Source of the DNA: Terrimicrobiaceae bacterium
GTDB lineage: Bacteria > Verrucomicrobiota > Verrucomicrobiia > Chthoniobacterales > Terrimicrobiaceae
NCBI GenBank assembly: GCA_041752695.1
Contig: JBGSVZ010000079.1
Span: 1 to 62,482 of the forward strand
Direction of reading: 5' to 3'
DNA: 62,482 nt
In this document: one piece after another, positions 29,290 to 40,004 of the stretch
Layout: each line of letters begins with the position of its first letter
Numbering within the stretch: the stretch's first letter is position 1
Notes under the pieces: generated by a model
Seen by the model: the letters and a program-made list of their open reading frames with translations, nothing else
What the model was told of the DNA's origin: nothing
The model's database searches: none
Position numbers and translations under genes: made by a program

Positions 29290-31549
29290 TCCGGTCGCGC
29301 GTGCGTCCTGGCTCGCCCTTTCGCTGGTTTTTCACGGCGGGCTTTTGGCGTGCCTAATTCTTCTCATTCCTGCCGCGGAAATCGCCGTGGTGAGCGAGTC
29401 TGGGGAGGTGAAGCCCGCGGCGCCGGTGATGGCCTCGCCGGAGCGCATAAAGGAGGTTGCGGAACAGATCCAGGCCACCCAGGCTGACGAGGTGCGGTCA
29501 AAAGTGGAGGAGCTCCTTGGCACGGAGCGGGCCCTGGCCGAGTTGCAGCAGCAAACGCAGACGGAATTCGGGTCCCTCGCCCAGGAGATGGCAGCAGCGG
29601 CACCGGAAAAATCCGCCGACGCCCTGAGCGTCGCCATCGAGGCGCAGGCGCGGGCGGAACAGGCGCAGGCTGAGGCGCAAGCCGCGCTCGAGGCCATGAA
29701 CAAAGCGCGCGAAGCGGCAGCGGGAACACCGGCGGAAATGGCATCGAACGAAGATGAGTCCGCCGCCGCGCTGCTGCACGTTTCCGAGGCACAGTCTCGG
29801 GCCAAAGATGCCCAAACCGCCGCGACCACGGCGCAGGTGACTGCGTTTCAACAAATGAGTTTTCAAGGCGGGCTCGACCGGGCCAAGGAAGCGCAAACCC
29901 AGGCAGCCAACGCGCAGGCGGAAGCAAATGCGCGGCAGGATGAAGCGATCGAACTCCAGGGATCGCTCCAATCCCTGGGCCGTCAGGCCCAACGCACGAC
30001 AGAAAATCTGGCCAAAGCACAGAAAGCCGTCGTGCTGGGTGAACAGCGGGTTGCGGACAAAGAAAAAGCGAAAACGGGGCTCGAGGAGAATGCGCGCCAG
30101 CAGCGGGAACGTGTCGCAAGCGCGAAAAACACCAAGGATGCCGCCAAACTTCAAAACTCCCTCGATCCGCTGACCCGTCGCCTGGCCGACGCCAAGAAGG
30201 ATTTGCAAAAGCTCGAGGAACGTCTTGCCGCCGATGCGAATCATCTCACCCTGGCGGAAGAGGCGGCGAAAAAAAGCGCGCAGGAGGTGCTCGATGCGCG
30301 TGGCCAATTGGCAGCCACGCAGGCCGCCGCGCTGAAGGCCCAGCAGTCCGCGCGCGAGTCCCAGACGAAAGCCCAACTGGAGGTCGCCAAGGCCTTCGCC
30401 TCAGCTGCGCCCATCACTGCCGCGATGGAGCCGGTCGAAATGTCCGCCTCCACGTCCTTGGATGGACAGAGTTTCTCCAGCCTGTACGCCCAGGCGGTGT
30501 TGACCGAAAAAAGCATCGCAGAGCGTTTTCAGGCGATTCGTGCCGCCCAGGTTGCGGTGCAAAAACAAATCCCGCTTCCAGAAGCGCAGAAGTACGTCCA
30601 AATGGCACTCCCTCTTCGCAGCGAACTGGCATCGGATCTTTCTTCGGCGCAGACGGCGGAGGAACTGGCCGCCCAAAATGCGGCAATCGAAAAGGCCCTG
30701 AAAGAATTGGAGTCCATGCTCGCGCTCGCCCGCGGCATGGAATATCAGGCCCGCACCACTGCCTCCTCGGCGGGCGAGGGGACGTCGGTATCGTTGGAAT
30801 CGATGAAAGCCCTGGCCGCCCAGGAAGAGCAGCTCGCCGGTCTGGCCGCTGAGAATGAAAACCAGGCGGCAATGGATCTTTCCGCCCTGATGAAACAAAT
30901 TGGCGGAGGGGTGCAGACGGGCGGGGCAGGAAATCTGGCCGGAGGGCCCCCGGGTGCTGGCCAGTCGGGATTTCCCGGAGGGGGGCGGGCGGGTGGATTC
31001 GCGGGTCCCCCGGGGTTTCCCGCCAGTGGTGCGGTGCAGGACTCCATCCCTGGCCGCAAGGTGCATGCCAGCGGCTACGGCGAAGGCGCCAAGTGGATGT
31101 TTATTGATTCCTGGTGGGTCATTGGACCGTTTCCCAACCCCCAGCGCCGCAATATCGAACAACGCTTTCCGCCCGAGTCCGTCGTCGATCTTGATGCCGT
31201 CTATCCGGTGGAAAACGGCGTGGTGCGTTGGCAGTTCATCCAGAATGCCAAGGCGATGGTTCAACCTCCCAACGAACGCAGTTATGCGATTTATTTCGCG
31301 TATACGGAACTGTGGTTCGAAGAAGCTCAGGATCTCTGGATTGCCATGGGAAGCGACGATTTTTCCAAAATCTGGATCAACGACATGCTCGTCTGGGCCA
31401 GCGGCATGCAACATAAGATCTGGCGGCCGAACGAAGGCTACCGCAAGGTCCATTTCAAAAAAGGTCTCAATCGTCTCCTCATGCGGGTCGAAAACGGGCA
31501 CCATAGCTGCTCGTTCTCCCTCATGGTAGCCATGCAGTCCCAACGCTGA
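29255..31549 (+). CDS. TonB/TolA-like membrane-anchored coiled-coil protein with a C-terminal PA14-like domain
   Basis: TM SLVFHGGLLACL (S-x3-H-x6-L), long Ala/Gln/Glu helix, Gly-rich linker, WWVIGPF...GSDD..KIWIN...KKGLNRLL. Confidence 0.7.
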   Translation: MSGSAPDLPENSPVARASWLALSLVFHGGLLACLILLIPAAEIAVVSESGEVKPAAPVMASPERIKEVAEQIQATQADEVRSKVEELLGTERALAELQQQTQTEFGSLAQEMAAAAPEKSADALSVAIEAQARAEQAQAEAQAALEAMNKAREAAAGTPAEMASNEDESAAALLHVSEAQSRAKDAQTAATTAQVTAFQQMSFQGGLDRAKEAQTQAANAQAEANARQDEAIELQGSLQSLGRQAQRTTENLAKAQKAVVLGEQRVADKEKAKTGLEENARQQRERVASAKNTKDAAKLQNSLDPLTRRLADAKKDLQKLEERLAADANHLTLAEEAAKKSAQEVLDARGQLAATQAAALKAQQSARESQTKAQLEVAKAFASAAPITAAMEPVEMSASTSLDGQSFSSLYAQAVLTEKSIAERFQAIRAAQVAVQKQIPLPEAQKYVQMALPLRSELASDLSSAQTAEELAAQNAAIEKALKELESMLALARGMEYQARTTASSAGEGTSVSLESMKALAAQEEQLAGLAAENENQAAMDLSALMKQIGGGVQTGGAGNLAGGPPGAGQSGFPGGGRAGGFAGPPGFPASGAVQDSIPGRKVHASGYGEGAKWMFIDSWWVIGPFPNPQRRNIEQRFPPESVVDLDAVYPVENGVVRWQFIQNAKAMVQPPNERSYAIYFAYTELWFEEAQDLWIAMGSDDFSKIWINDMLVWASGMQHKIWRPNEGYRKVHFKKGLNRLLMRVENGHHSCSFSLMVAMQSQR

Positions 31550-31653
31550 TCCCCTTCAGATATATGGAAGATCTGCAGATTTTTGTTCCTCCTGTGCAAA
31601 TGTTTTTTTGCTATACCTTCGCTTTGTTCGTTTAGTGTCCTGGAAAATCCCTC

Positions 31654-32697
31654 ATGTCCCAATCCACTGATTCCCCCGCCCAGCCCACCGCCGCCGGCAC
31701 ATCGGATCTCGAAGCCGTCGAGTTTTGCCGGAATTCGTATTTTCAAGTTCAGCAGGAAATTTCGAAAGTCGTGGTCGGCCAGACCTCCGTCGTCGAAGAG
31801 ATTCTCATCGCCATCCTGACCCGCAGCCACGCTTTGCTGGTCGGTGTCCCCGGACTGGCGAAAACCCTGCTCATCTCCACTCTGGCGAAGACGCTGCAGA
31901 TGTCCTTCAAGCGTATTCAATTCACGCCCGATCTGATGCCCAGCGATATCACCGGCACGGAGGTGATTTATCAGGATCCGGTTTCCGGCGCGAAGGAGTT
32001 CAAGTTTTTGCCGGGTCCGCTTTTTGCCAATGTCGTGCTCGCGGATGAAATCAACCGTACGCCGCCCAAGACCCAGGCCGCCATGCTTGAGGCGATGCAG
32101 GAACGTTGTGTGACCGTCGGCGGCAAGACCCACAAATTGCCGGAGCCGTTTTTCGTTCTGGCCACGCAGAATCCCCTCGAGCAGGAGGGCACGTATCCCC
32201 TTCCGGAAGCGCAGCTGGACCGGTTTATGTTTCTGGTCCAAGTCGATTATCCCTCCGAGGAGGAGGAGCTTCTCGTCATGAAAATGGGCACGGGAATGAA
32301 GGGGGAGGAACCCCAGCCGGTGTTGAGTGCGGAACATATTCTTTACATGCAGCAAACGGTAAAAGCGGTTCCGGTAGCGGATCATGTTTATCGTTATGCG
32401 GAAAAACTCGTCCGCTCGACGCGTCCGAAAACGCCCGAGGCGCTGGATTTCTGCAAAAAGTTCCTCAGCTTCGGGGCGGGTCCGCGCGCCAGTTTGAGTT
32501 TGATCATGGCGGCAAAGGCGCATGCGATGGTCAGCGGTCAGGTTTATGTGAGCTGCGCCAATGTCGCAGCGGTGGCACCGTCCATCCTTAGGCATCGGAT
32601 CGCGCCAAATTTTGCGGCGCAAAGTGAAGGGGTGACGGCGGATGATCTCATTCAGCAATTGCTCTCCACCATTCCCCAGCACGAACCGATGGCCTGA
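31654..32697 (+). CDS. MoxR family AAA+ ATPase
   Basis: GVPGLAKT, RIQFTPDLMPSD, DEINRTPPKTQ, ATQNP, LPEAQLDRF. Confidence 0.96.
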   Translation: MSQSTDSPAQPTAAGTSDLEAVEFCRNSYFQVQQEISKVVVGQTSVVEEILIAILTRSHALLVGVPGLAKTLLISTLAKTLQMSFKRIQFTPDLMPSDITGTEVIYQDPVSGAKEFKFLPGPLFANVVLADEINRTPPKTQAAMLEAMQERCVTVGGKTHKLPEPFFVLATQNPLEQEGTYPLPEAQLDRFMFLVQVDYPSEEEELLVMKMGTGMKGEEPQPVLSAEHILYMQQTVKAVPVADHVYRYAEKLVRSTRPKTPEALDFCKKFLSFGAGPRASLSLIMAAKAHAMVSGQVYVSCANVAAVAPSILRHRIAPNFAAQSEGVTADDLIQQLLSTIPQHEPMA

Positions 32698-32711
32698 GGC
32701 TGTCTGCGGTG

Positions 32712-33608
32712 ATGGCAGAACCCTCCCTCCTCGATCCGGAAGCGATTTCCCGCGGCGAAGCGCTTGGCCTGCTGGCGCGTCGTGTTGTCGAAGGATACCG
32801 CGTAGGTGAGCACCGTTCGCCATTCCGGGGCTTCGCCATTGAATTTGCCCAACATCGCGAATACACCGCAGGCGATGACATCCGGCACCTCGACTGGAAG
32901 GTCCTCGGGCGCTCGGATCGCTATTACATCAAGCAATACGAACAAGATACCAATTACGTCGCGCATGTTGTCCTCGATGGCAGCAAGTCGATGGATTACG
33001 GGTCTGGCAAAGTCACCAAGCTCCACTTTGCCAAGGCGCTGGCGGCCTGTCTTTCCTATCTGGTTTTGATGCAAAGGGATGCTGTCGCGCTTGCCCTCTT
33101 CGACACCGAGACCCGCGAATACATTCCCCGCACGGATAATCTGGGCAGAATCCATCACATCATGAATCGGCTGGCCGCTTTTGCTGCGACGGAGGGGACA
33201 AGTATCGGACGAACGGTGGAGCAGCTCTCGCACCAGGCCCGCAGCCGGGGTATCGTGATCCTGATCAGCGACGTCTTTGATGACGAGGAGGGATTTTCCA
33301 AGGCTTTGCAGTTGTTGCGTTTCAGCGGTCATGAGGTGATTCTTTTCCATGTTCTGGACCCTTTTGAACTGACCTTTCCGTTCACGGGGACCTGGAAGTT
33401 GCTGGGGCTGGAGGAATTGACGGAGATCCAGACGTCGCCCGCGGACATTCGCAAAAGTTATCTCGCGAATTTCGACGCCTTCCGGGAACGGGTGCGTGCG
33501 ACGTGCGAGAAATTTAATACGCATTATGTTTTGGCGGACACAGGCAAAAGCCTTGCTGAAGTGTTGAGCGGCTACCTCGCCTTCCGGCGCATGATGGGGA
33601 AAAAGTGA
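32712..33608 (+). CDS. DUF58 domain protein
   Basis: GEHRSP..G..EF..HREY..GDD.R.LDWK, DGSKSM MIDAS-like motif, LISD. Confidence 0.93.
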   Translation: MAEPSLLDPEAISRGEALGLLARRVVEGYRVGEHRSPFRGFAIEFAQHREYTAGDDIRHLDWKVLGRSDRYYIKQYEQDTNYVAHVVLDGSKSMDYGSGKVTKLHFAKALAACLSYLVLMQRDAVALALFDTETREYIPRTDNLGRIHHIMNRLAAFAATEGTSIGRTVEQLSHQARSRGIVILISDVFDDEEGFSKALQLLRFSGHEVILFHVLDPFELTFPFTGTWKLLGLEELTEIQTSPADIRKSYLANFDAFRERVRATCEKFNTHYVLADTGKSLAEVLSGYLAFRRMMGKK

Positions 33609-33699
33609 AGGTACAAATGAAAAGGGTTTGCGAAATGCGAAAGGCGCACTTGTCAGGGCCCCTTTCCCTTTCTTTTTCCCTCCTCACTTGCTCCGCGTA

Positions 33700-35832
33700 A
33701 TGGGCTTTCTGAATCCATGGGTACTGGCGGGTCTGGCAGCGGTTTCCGTGCCGGTGGCCATTCATTTACTCAACAAATTTCGGATTCAGCGGACCCGCTG
33801 GGCGGCGATGCGTTTTGTCCAGGACAGTTTGCAGAGGAACCGCCGGCGGTTGCAGATTGAGGATCTCCTTCTTCTCATTCTTCGCTGTCTGGTGGTGGCG
33901 GCGTTGGTCACTGCATTCGCCCGGCCTGTGCTGCAGACGTTGGTGCCTGGCTTGCTGGGAGGTGACGGTCCGGCAGCGACAGCGGTGGTGTTGGATAATT
34001 CAGGAAGCATGGGGCAAAGCAACGGTGTCACCACGCGCTTTGAAGAGGGAAAAAAGGCCATCCGGGATTCGCTGGAAAATCAGGCGACCGGCTCGCAACT
34101 GGCTTTCTTTCTCGTCTCCAGCCGGGCGGATTCCCTGATCGCGCAGCCCGCTGCGGATCTCCCACGATTTCGCCGCAGTCTGGAGTTGGCAGGAATGAGC
34201 GACCGCTCCACGGATCTTGCCAAGGGCATTCGGGCGGGCTTCGAAGCGCTAAAACCCTTGGGCGGCCAAAGGCGGGAGGTGGTGGTGTATTCCGATAGTC
34301 AGATGCCGGCCTGGAGGGGGCTTGATGACATCCGTAAGCTCCAGTTGGCGAATCCTGGCATTGTGCTGAAACCCGTGATCCTCGGCGCCGCGGGCGAGGA
34401 CAACCTTGCGGTAGTGGGGCTTCATGCCGAGGGCGGGGTGCCGGCTTCAGGGCAGCCCTGCCGGTTTCGGGTTGAGGTGGCAAACTATGGCACAAAAGCC
34501 GCGGAGGGTGTTCGTGTGACCGTTGCCGCAGATGACCTGGCGCCGTCCGACGAAACCCTCATTCCGCGCATCGAACCTGGCGCGACGTTCAGCGTGAATC
34601 TTTTTGTGCGCTTCGACGCCCCGGGCTTTCACGCGGTCACCGCCACAATTCCGCCGGACCGCCTCGCGATTGACAATCAACGTTCCACCGCGATTCAGGC
34701 GGTGGACCGGATGGGGGTTTTGATCGTGGAAGGCAACGGTGAGGGACCCGTCTCGGAGAGGGATGGATATTTTCTGGCCAACGCCCTCGCGCCGGTTTCG
34801 GCGGATCGCGCCCAAAAATATTTTCTGAATATCACCACCGTTCCCTTCGGAGCGATGAACCGGGCGTCATTTGCCTCTTACGATACCGTTTTTCTTTGCA
34901 ACCCGGGCCCACTGAGTGATCAGGCGGTCGCGGCTTTGAAAACCTATGTCACGGAGGGCGGAAACTTGGTCATTTTTCCCGGCTCCCGAACCGATCCTGC
35001 GGTCTGGAAGAAAAACGCCCCGCTTTCCGCGCTCCTTCCTGCCACCGTGGGGCCGCGTAAGACCGCGGTGAAACCTCCGGTGGCCTTGCAAACGGAGGGC
35101 TTCGACCATCCCGTGTCATCCATTTGGAACGACCGTGGCGAAGGGGGGCTAAGTGCGGCGAAATACACCGAATATTTTCCGCTCGAGGTCAAAAAAGGCG
35201 AGGCCAAGGCGGCGGTGATTCTGCGGCTGGCAAATGGCGACACCGCGGCCGCAGAATGGGCGGCGGGGCAGGGGAGGGTCGTCCTCTTTAACGCGCCTGC
35301 GACCCCTCAGGGCAATAATCTCGTTTTGCATCCGGGCTTTGTGGCTCTTACCCAGAGACTCATGGGGTATCTAAACCGGGGCAGCTCCGCACGGCTCGTG
35401 TTGGGCCCCGGCGATCCTTTCGAACTGCCGACCGCGATGGAGCTTCTCGGTCGGGATTTTTCCGTGGTGCGCCCCGGTGAGGATGCGACGCGCCGCCCGG
35501 CCGGTCGGGTCGAACTCGCGGACCAACAGGCTGTCGTGAGCTATCGCGACACCGATGCGGTGGGTGCCTATCGGATTTATATGGGGCAGGACGATTTTCC
35601 TTCCGCCGTTTTTGCCGTGCAGATGGATCCCACGGAATCCGATTTACGGCAGGCGCCGCGCCCGGAGATCGAAGCGCTCGCCGTCGAACCCACTGCCAAG
35701 GAAGAATTCTCCAGTGCCGCCGCCCCGCGCCTGCAGGTCAAAAAAGAATATTGGACAGCCTTTCTCTGGCTGGCCGCCTTGCTGGCTCTCGCGGAAGCGG
35801 CGCTGGCGCATCGCATGAGTGCATCCCGGTAA
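33700..35832 (+). CDS. BatA-domain / vWA membrane protein
   Basis: FLNP...PVAIHL BatA N-terminus, LLLILR, DNSGSM MIDAS, C-terminal TM. Confidence 0.88.
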   Translation: MGFLNPWVLAGLAAVSVPVAIHLLNKFRIQRTRWAAMRFVQDSLQRNRRRLQIEDLLLLILRCLVVAALVTAFARPVLQTLVPGLLGGDGPAATAVVLDNSGSMGQSNGVTTRFEEGKKAIRDSLENQATGSQLAFFLVSSRADSLIAQPAADLPRFRRSLELAGMSDRSTDLAKGIRAGFEALKPLGGQRREVVVYSDSQMPAWRGLDDIRKLQLANPGIVLKPVILGAAGEDNLAVVGLHAEGGVPASGQPCRFRVEVANYGTKAAEGVRVTVAADDLAPSDETLIPRIEPGATFSVNLFVRFDAPGFHAVTATIPPDRLAIDNQRSTAIQAVDRMGVLIVEGNGEGPVSERDGYFLANALAPVSADRAQKYFLNITTVPFGAMNRASFASYDTVFLCNPGPLSDQAVAALKTYVTEGGNLVIFPGSRTDPAVWKKNAPLSALLPATVGPRKTAVKPPVALQTEGFDHPVSSIWNDRGEGGLSAAKYTEYFPLEVKKGEAKAAVILRLANGDTAAAEWAAGQGRVVLFNAPATPQGNNLVLHPGFVALTQRLMGYLNRGSSARLVLGPGDPFELPTAMELLGRDFSVVRPGEDATRRPAGRVELADQQAVVSYRDTDAVGAYRIYMGQDDFPSAVFAVQMDPTESDLRQAPRPEIEALAVEPTAKEEFSSAAAPRLQVKKEYWTAFLWLAALLALAEAALAHRMSASR

Positions 35833-38232
35833 ATGATGGACGGAATTGTGCGCTTATTGGCTCCGGGGATTCCGGAAGGCGGCCGCGAATGGTCCCTTGG
35901 GGGTGAGGGCCTGCCCATGGGATGGGCGTTTCTGATTTTCCTGATCCTAACGGCGGCCTGCACCTGGGCCTATCGCCGCTATGCGGCGGACGTGAAACCT
36001 CGCTGGCGGGGAGTCATGACGGCCCTGCGCATTGTCGCGATTGGCTTGTTTCTCGTCCTTTTGGTGAAGCCGGTTCTGAATCTCACAATCAACGAGCCCG
36101 TGCGGCAGACGTTGCTGGTGCTGCTCGATAGTTCGCAAAGCATGCTGCTGACCGACCGCCGGACGGCCCCGCATGATCTGCAGCGTGCCGAAATTGCCAC
36201 CGGGGAAAAGTCGGCCGCCGAGGTGGAGATCAATCGCTGGGACCTCTTCAAAAAACTTTCCGCCAACCCGGGCCTGAATCTTTGGCCGCGCCTGCAGGAA
36301 AAATCCGACGTCCTGTTTTATCGCTTTGGCCGAGATGCCACGCAGGTCGGTCCGCTGACCACGGAAAAATTGGCCACCGTGCAGGAAGCGACAACGCTGC
36401 TCGACACGATCAAGCCGGACGAGCCGGCGAGCGGGGTGGGCGAGGCGTTGCGTCAGGTGATTGATCAGAATCGCGGTCAGGCGGTGAGTGGCGTTTTGCT
36501 GATCACCGATGGGGCGAGCAACAGCGGGCTTCCCCCTGCCGAGGCGGCGAGGTTGACCCGGGAGGCGAACATCCCGCTCTTTATCTACGGGATCGGCGTG
36601 ACGACGCCGGTCGATCTGGTGATGAAGGAGGTCAGCGCGCCGAGACTGGCCTTCGTGAAGGAGCGGGTGGATGTGAAAGCCAAGTTCTCCGTGCAGGGTG
36701 TGGGTCGACAAACCGTGACGGCGGTCCTCAAGGCCAATGGCGCGGAAGTGGATCAGCAGAAAGTGGAACTGGCCGAGGATGGGGACTATGAGGTGAATTT
36801 TCGCTTCGACCCTCAGGCGATTGGAGATCTGGTGTTGGAAGCGTCTATTCCCCTCCAGCCCGGTGAGATGGGCAAGGACAACAACGCGACGGAGGGAAAA
36901 CTCCGGGTGGTGGATAACAAGATCAAGGTGCTCTTTATCGACCAGGAACCACGCTGGGATTTTCGCTATCTGCTGGCCTATCTGCAGCGCGACCGCCGAC
37001 TGGAGGTAAAGAGTGTGTTGATTGATGGTGAACCCGACCTCGACAAACTTCCCGACTCCCCCTTTCTGGCGGCCCTTCCCGAAGACCGGGAGGGCATTTT
37101 TAAATACGAGATCATCATTCTCGGCGACGTTGATCCCGCTGACCTTGGCGAAACGCGGATGAAGTTGCTGAGCGAATGGGTCGAACAATCCAGCGGCGGA
37201 ATCATCTTTCTGGCGGGCCCAAAATTCAACCCCACGGCTTACGGTGGAACGCCCCTGGAAGCCCTGCTGCCGGTTGTGCCGGACACCTCCGTTCCTGTGG
37301 AACAGCGGGCGGAGCGCTTTAAGGAACCCGTGCAACTCAAGCTGACTTCGTTGGGCGAGATGTCTCCGTATCTCAGACTGGTGGAAAATCCCGAAGAAAA
37401 TGCCCGGATCTGGGCGGGCTTTCCCGGTGTTCGCTGGGTCGCTCCGGTCACGAAAGCCAAGCCTGGCGCAGAGGTGCTGTTAGTGGACCCGACTCCAGAA
37501 CGCGCAGGCACTGCGGGCGGCATGCCGGTGATCGCCATTCAGGGTTACGGTGGAGGTCAGAGTGTCTATATCGGCACCGACGAAACCTACCGCTGGCGCA
37601 GTCGCACGGGAGAAAAATATTACTCGCAGGTCTGGGGAGCCATCATGCAGTCGCTTTCGCTCAAACGCCTGGAAGGGGCCTCATCGCGCACCCAGTTAAA
37701 GGTGGACCGCGAGCGGTATTTTGTGGGCGACAAAGTGGTGATCGCGGGAAAAATTTACAAAGAGGGTTATGAACCTCTCACGGTCGCATCGCTCCAGGGG
37801 CGCTTAAAAATTACTTCTGCCGGCGCCAATGGTGCACCTCAGGAAAAAGTCCAGCCCCTCGATGTGGCCGCCGTCGGCGAACAACCCGGGGAATATCGCG
37901 GCGAATTCACCGCCGATGAGCCGGGCAGTTACAGTTTTTCCACGCTGGACGATCCGGAGGCCACCGTGAAATTTGAGATCATCGAGCCCAAGGTCGAGCA
38001 GATGGAAACCGCGCTGAATGAACGCGCCCTCCGCGCGATGGCCGACGTGGCGAAAGGCCATCTGCTGCGCGAGGAGGATTTGGAGAAATTACCCGACCTC
38101 GTTTCGGAACAAAGTGCGACGGTGGCGAGTTATCGCAAGATCGACTTATTTTACTCGCCTTGGTGGTTGGGTGCACTGCTGATCGTGCTTTTCCTGGAGT
38201 GGCTGTTGCGACGGCTGATGCAGTTGAAATGA
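35833..38232 (+). CDS. vWA plus glutamine-amidotransferase-like domain membrane protein
   Basis: N-terminal TMs, LLDSSQSM, LITDG, PRWDFRYL, IILGDV, LEALLPV, C-terminal EWLLRR. Confidence 0.85.
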   Translation: MMDGIVRLLAPGIPEGGREWSLGGEGLPMGWAFLIFLILTAACTWAYRRYAADVKPRWRGVMTALRIVAIGLFLVLLVKPVLNLTINEPVRQTLLVLLDSSQSMLLTDRRTAPHDLQRAEIATGEKSAAEVEINRWDLFKKLSANPGLNLWPRLQEKSDVLFYRFGRDATQVGPLTTEKLATVQEATTLLDTIKPDEPASGVGEALRQVIDQNRGQAVSGVLLITDGASNSGLPPAEAARLTREANIPLFIYGIGVTTPVDLVMKEVSAPRLAFVKERVDVKAKFSVQGVGRQTVTAVLKANGAEVDQQKVELAEDGDYEVNFRFDPQAIGDLVLEASIPLQPGEMGKDNNATEGKLRVVDNKIKVLFIDQEPRWDFRYLLAYLQRDRRLEVKSVLIDGEPDLDKLPDSPFLAALPEDREGIFKYEIIILGDVDPADLGETRMKLLSEWVEQSSGGIIFLAGPKFNPTAYGGTPLEALLPVVPDTSVPVEQRAERFKEPVQLKLTSLGEMSPYLRLVENPEENARIWAGFPGVRWVAPVTKAKPGAEVLLVDPTPERAGTAGGMPVIAIQGYGGGQSVYIGTDETYRWRSRTGEKYYSQVWGAIMQSLSLKRLEGASSRTQLKVDRERYFVGDKVVIAGKIYKEGYEPLTVASLQGRLKITSAGANGAPQEKVQPLDVAAVGEQPGEYRGEFTADEPGSYSFSTLDDPEATVKFEIIEPKVEQMETALNERALRAMADVAKGHLLREEDLEKLPDLVSEQSATVASYRKIDLFYSPWWLGALLIVLFLEWLLRRLMQLK

Positions 38233-39992
38233 ACACGGTTTTTGACAGGCTGCGGAAACGCCAGAAAGCGGTGCAAACCACGGCGCGTCCGGGTTCGCTT
38301 ATCGCGTTGCCGCCAGGGACGCCTCTGCCTTTGCCGGCAGGCATCGTCCGATCCTTGCGTCAGGTCATGGCCCGTCAAAAGCGGGTGTGTCTCGCCGAAT
38401 GCGTCGTGCTTTTGTTGGCCTTGATTCCCGCCCTCTGGGTAGTTCAGGCTCTGGTCGATTGGTGGTTAAATCTCCCGTGGCTCGTCCGGTTTATCCTCCT
38501 CGGCGCGGATCTCGCCGTGGTTGGTTATGTGGTTTACCGTTTCGCCTGGAGGCCTCTCAGCAAGCCCCTCACTTTGGAAACCGCGGCTCTTCGCGTGGAG
38601 AAGGAAATCCCGGAATTCCGCTCCGCGCTGATTTCTGCGGTGGAACTCTCCGCCGGTCGCCCCGGTGGCGCGCAAGGATCCCTGGCCCTCGTGCAGGAAT
38701 TGCTGGTGAGGGTCAGCGCGAAGGTTCAGGCCACGCCAATTGCCAGCAGGGTGGTCAAAACCGCCAATTTGCGTCGCTGGTGGAAGTGGGCGCTGCTTTC
38801 CGTGATCGTTGCGCTGGGAGCCGGTGCCGCCTTCTGGCCCAAGTCTCGCGTGCTGGTCGAACGTATTCTCTTGAGCACCGCACCTCTGCCAACGCGGACC
38901 ATCGTCGTGCCGATCAGTCGAGACGAATCCGCCGTGGTGGGCGCTGACGTGAAACTTTCCGCCCGGGCGGAAGGGGTGGTGCCACGGAGTGGGGTCCTTC
39001 ACGTGATTTTTGCGAACAAGGACCGGCAGGAAATTCCGGTCAGCGCAACGATGGAGGATGCCGCCGTATTCGCGGTGACGATGCAGAATGTCCAACAGTC
39101 GTTTACCTATCACTTTGCCCTAAACGACGGCGTGGGGCCCGATTTTGTCGTTACGGCCAAAACTGCCCCGGTGCTGGAAACGGTTCGCTTTGGCCAAAAG
39201 TATCCCGCCTACACGGGGATGGCGGAAGCGGAGATGCCCGCCGGCAATCTCGCGCTCCTGGCGGGCAGCCGGATTCGCATCGAGGGCCGCGCCACCCAGC
39301 CTCTTCGCGAAGCCCTCGTCCGGCTGGAAGGCATCAACTCCGAGGTGAAGGCGGAAACCGGCCAGCCGGACGCGCAATCGTTTGCCGGTGAATTTGTGGT
39401 GCCCAAAGAGGGCCTCACGGGACTTTCCTTGATCCTGACCAATGGGGATGGGGTGGCCTCGCAGGAAAACACCATCTACCGGGTGGAGGTGTTGGAGGAC
39501 CGGTCGCCTGTTGTTGAACTGAGCGCACCCTCGGGCGAGCGGCTCAGTGTCTTGCTCACCTCCCGACCCCGACTTTCTTTTACGGTAAAAGACGATTTCG
39601 CCGTGAAAAAGCTGGCATTGAAGTATGAATTAACCCGCCCCGGGCCTCCCGGCGGTGAGCCCTCCATCGAATTGGGGGAAATTCCCCTGGCCCTTCCCAA
39701 GGACGGTGCCGCCGCGCAAACCTTCACCTGGGATCTGGCTGCGCAAAAACCCGCCCTCACCGAAGGCTGCACGCTTAGCTATTGGATGGAGGCTGCAGAC
39801 AATAATGACGTGACCGGACCGGGTGTCGGACAGACCCTCAAAAAGACCCTTGCGATTGTCAGCCAGGCTGAAAAACGGGCTGAGATGCTGGAGATTTTAG
39901 GTGCAAGAGCAGCGGAAATAGAGGAAATTTCCAACACGCAGAAAGAGGTTAACGAAGACCTCGACAGCACCATTCGCAAGAATACCCCCTAA
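38229..39992 (+). CDS. DUF4175-like membrane protein with Ig-like domains
   Basis: TM pairs, AALRVE...LISAVE, D.SP.V, DDFAV, YWMEAADNN..GP. Confidence 0.7.
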   Translation: MNTVFDRLRKRQKAVQTTARPGSLIALPPGTPLPLPAGIVRSLRQVMARQKRVCLAECVVLLLALIPALWVVQALVDWWLNLPWLVRFILLGADLAVVGYVVYRFAWRPLSKPLTLETAALRVEKEIPEFRSALISAVELSAGRPGGAQGSLALVQELLVRVSAKVQATPIASRVVKTANLRRWWKWALLSVIVALGAGAAFWPKSRVLVERILLSTAPLPTRTIVVPISRDESAVVGADVKLSARAEGVVPRSGVLHVIFANKDRQEIPVSATMEDAAVFAVTMQNVQQSFTYHFALNDGVGPDFVVTAKTAPVLETVRFGQKYPAYTGMAEAEMPAGNLALLAGSRIRIEGRATQPLREALVRLEGINSEVKAETGQPDAQSFAGEFVVPKEGLTGLSLILTNGDGVASQENTIYRVEVLEDRSPVVELSAPSGERLSVLLTSRPRLSFTVKDDFAVKKLALKYELTRPGPPGGEPSIELGEIPLALPKDGAAAQTFTWDLAAQKPALTEGCTLSYWMEAADNNDVTGPGVGQTLKKTLAIVSQAEKRAEMLEILGARAAEIEEISNTQKEVNEDLDSTIRKNTP

Positions 39993-40004
39993 GCCCCCGA
40001 GAAT

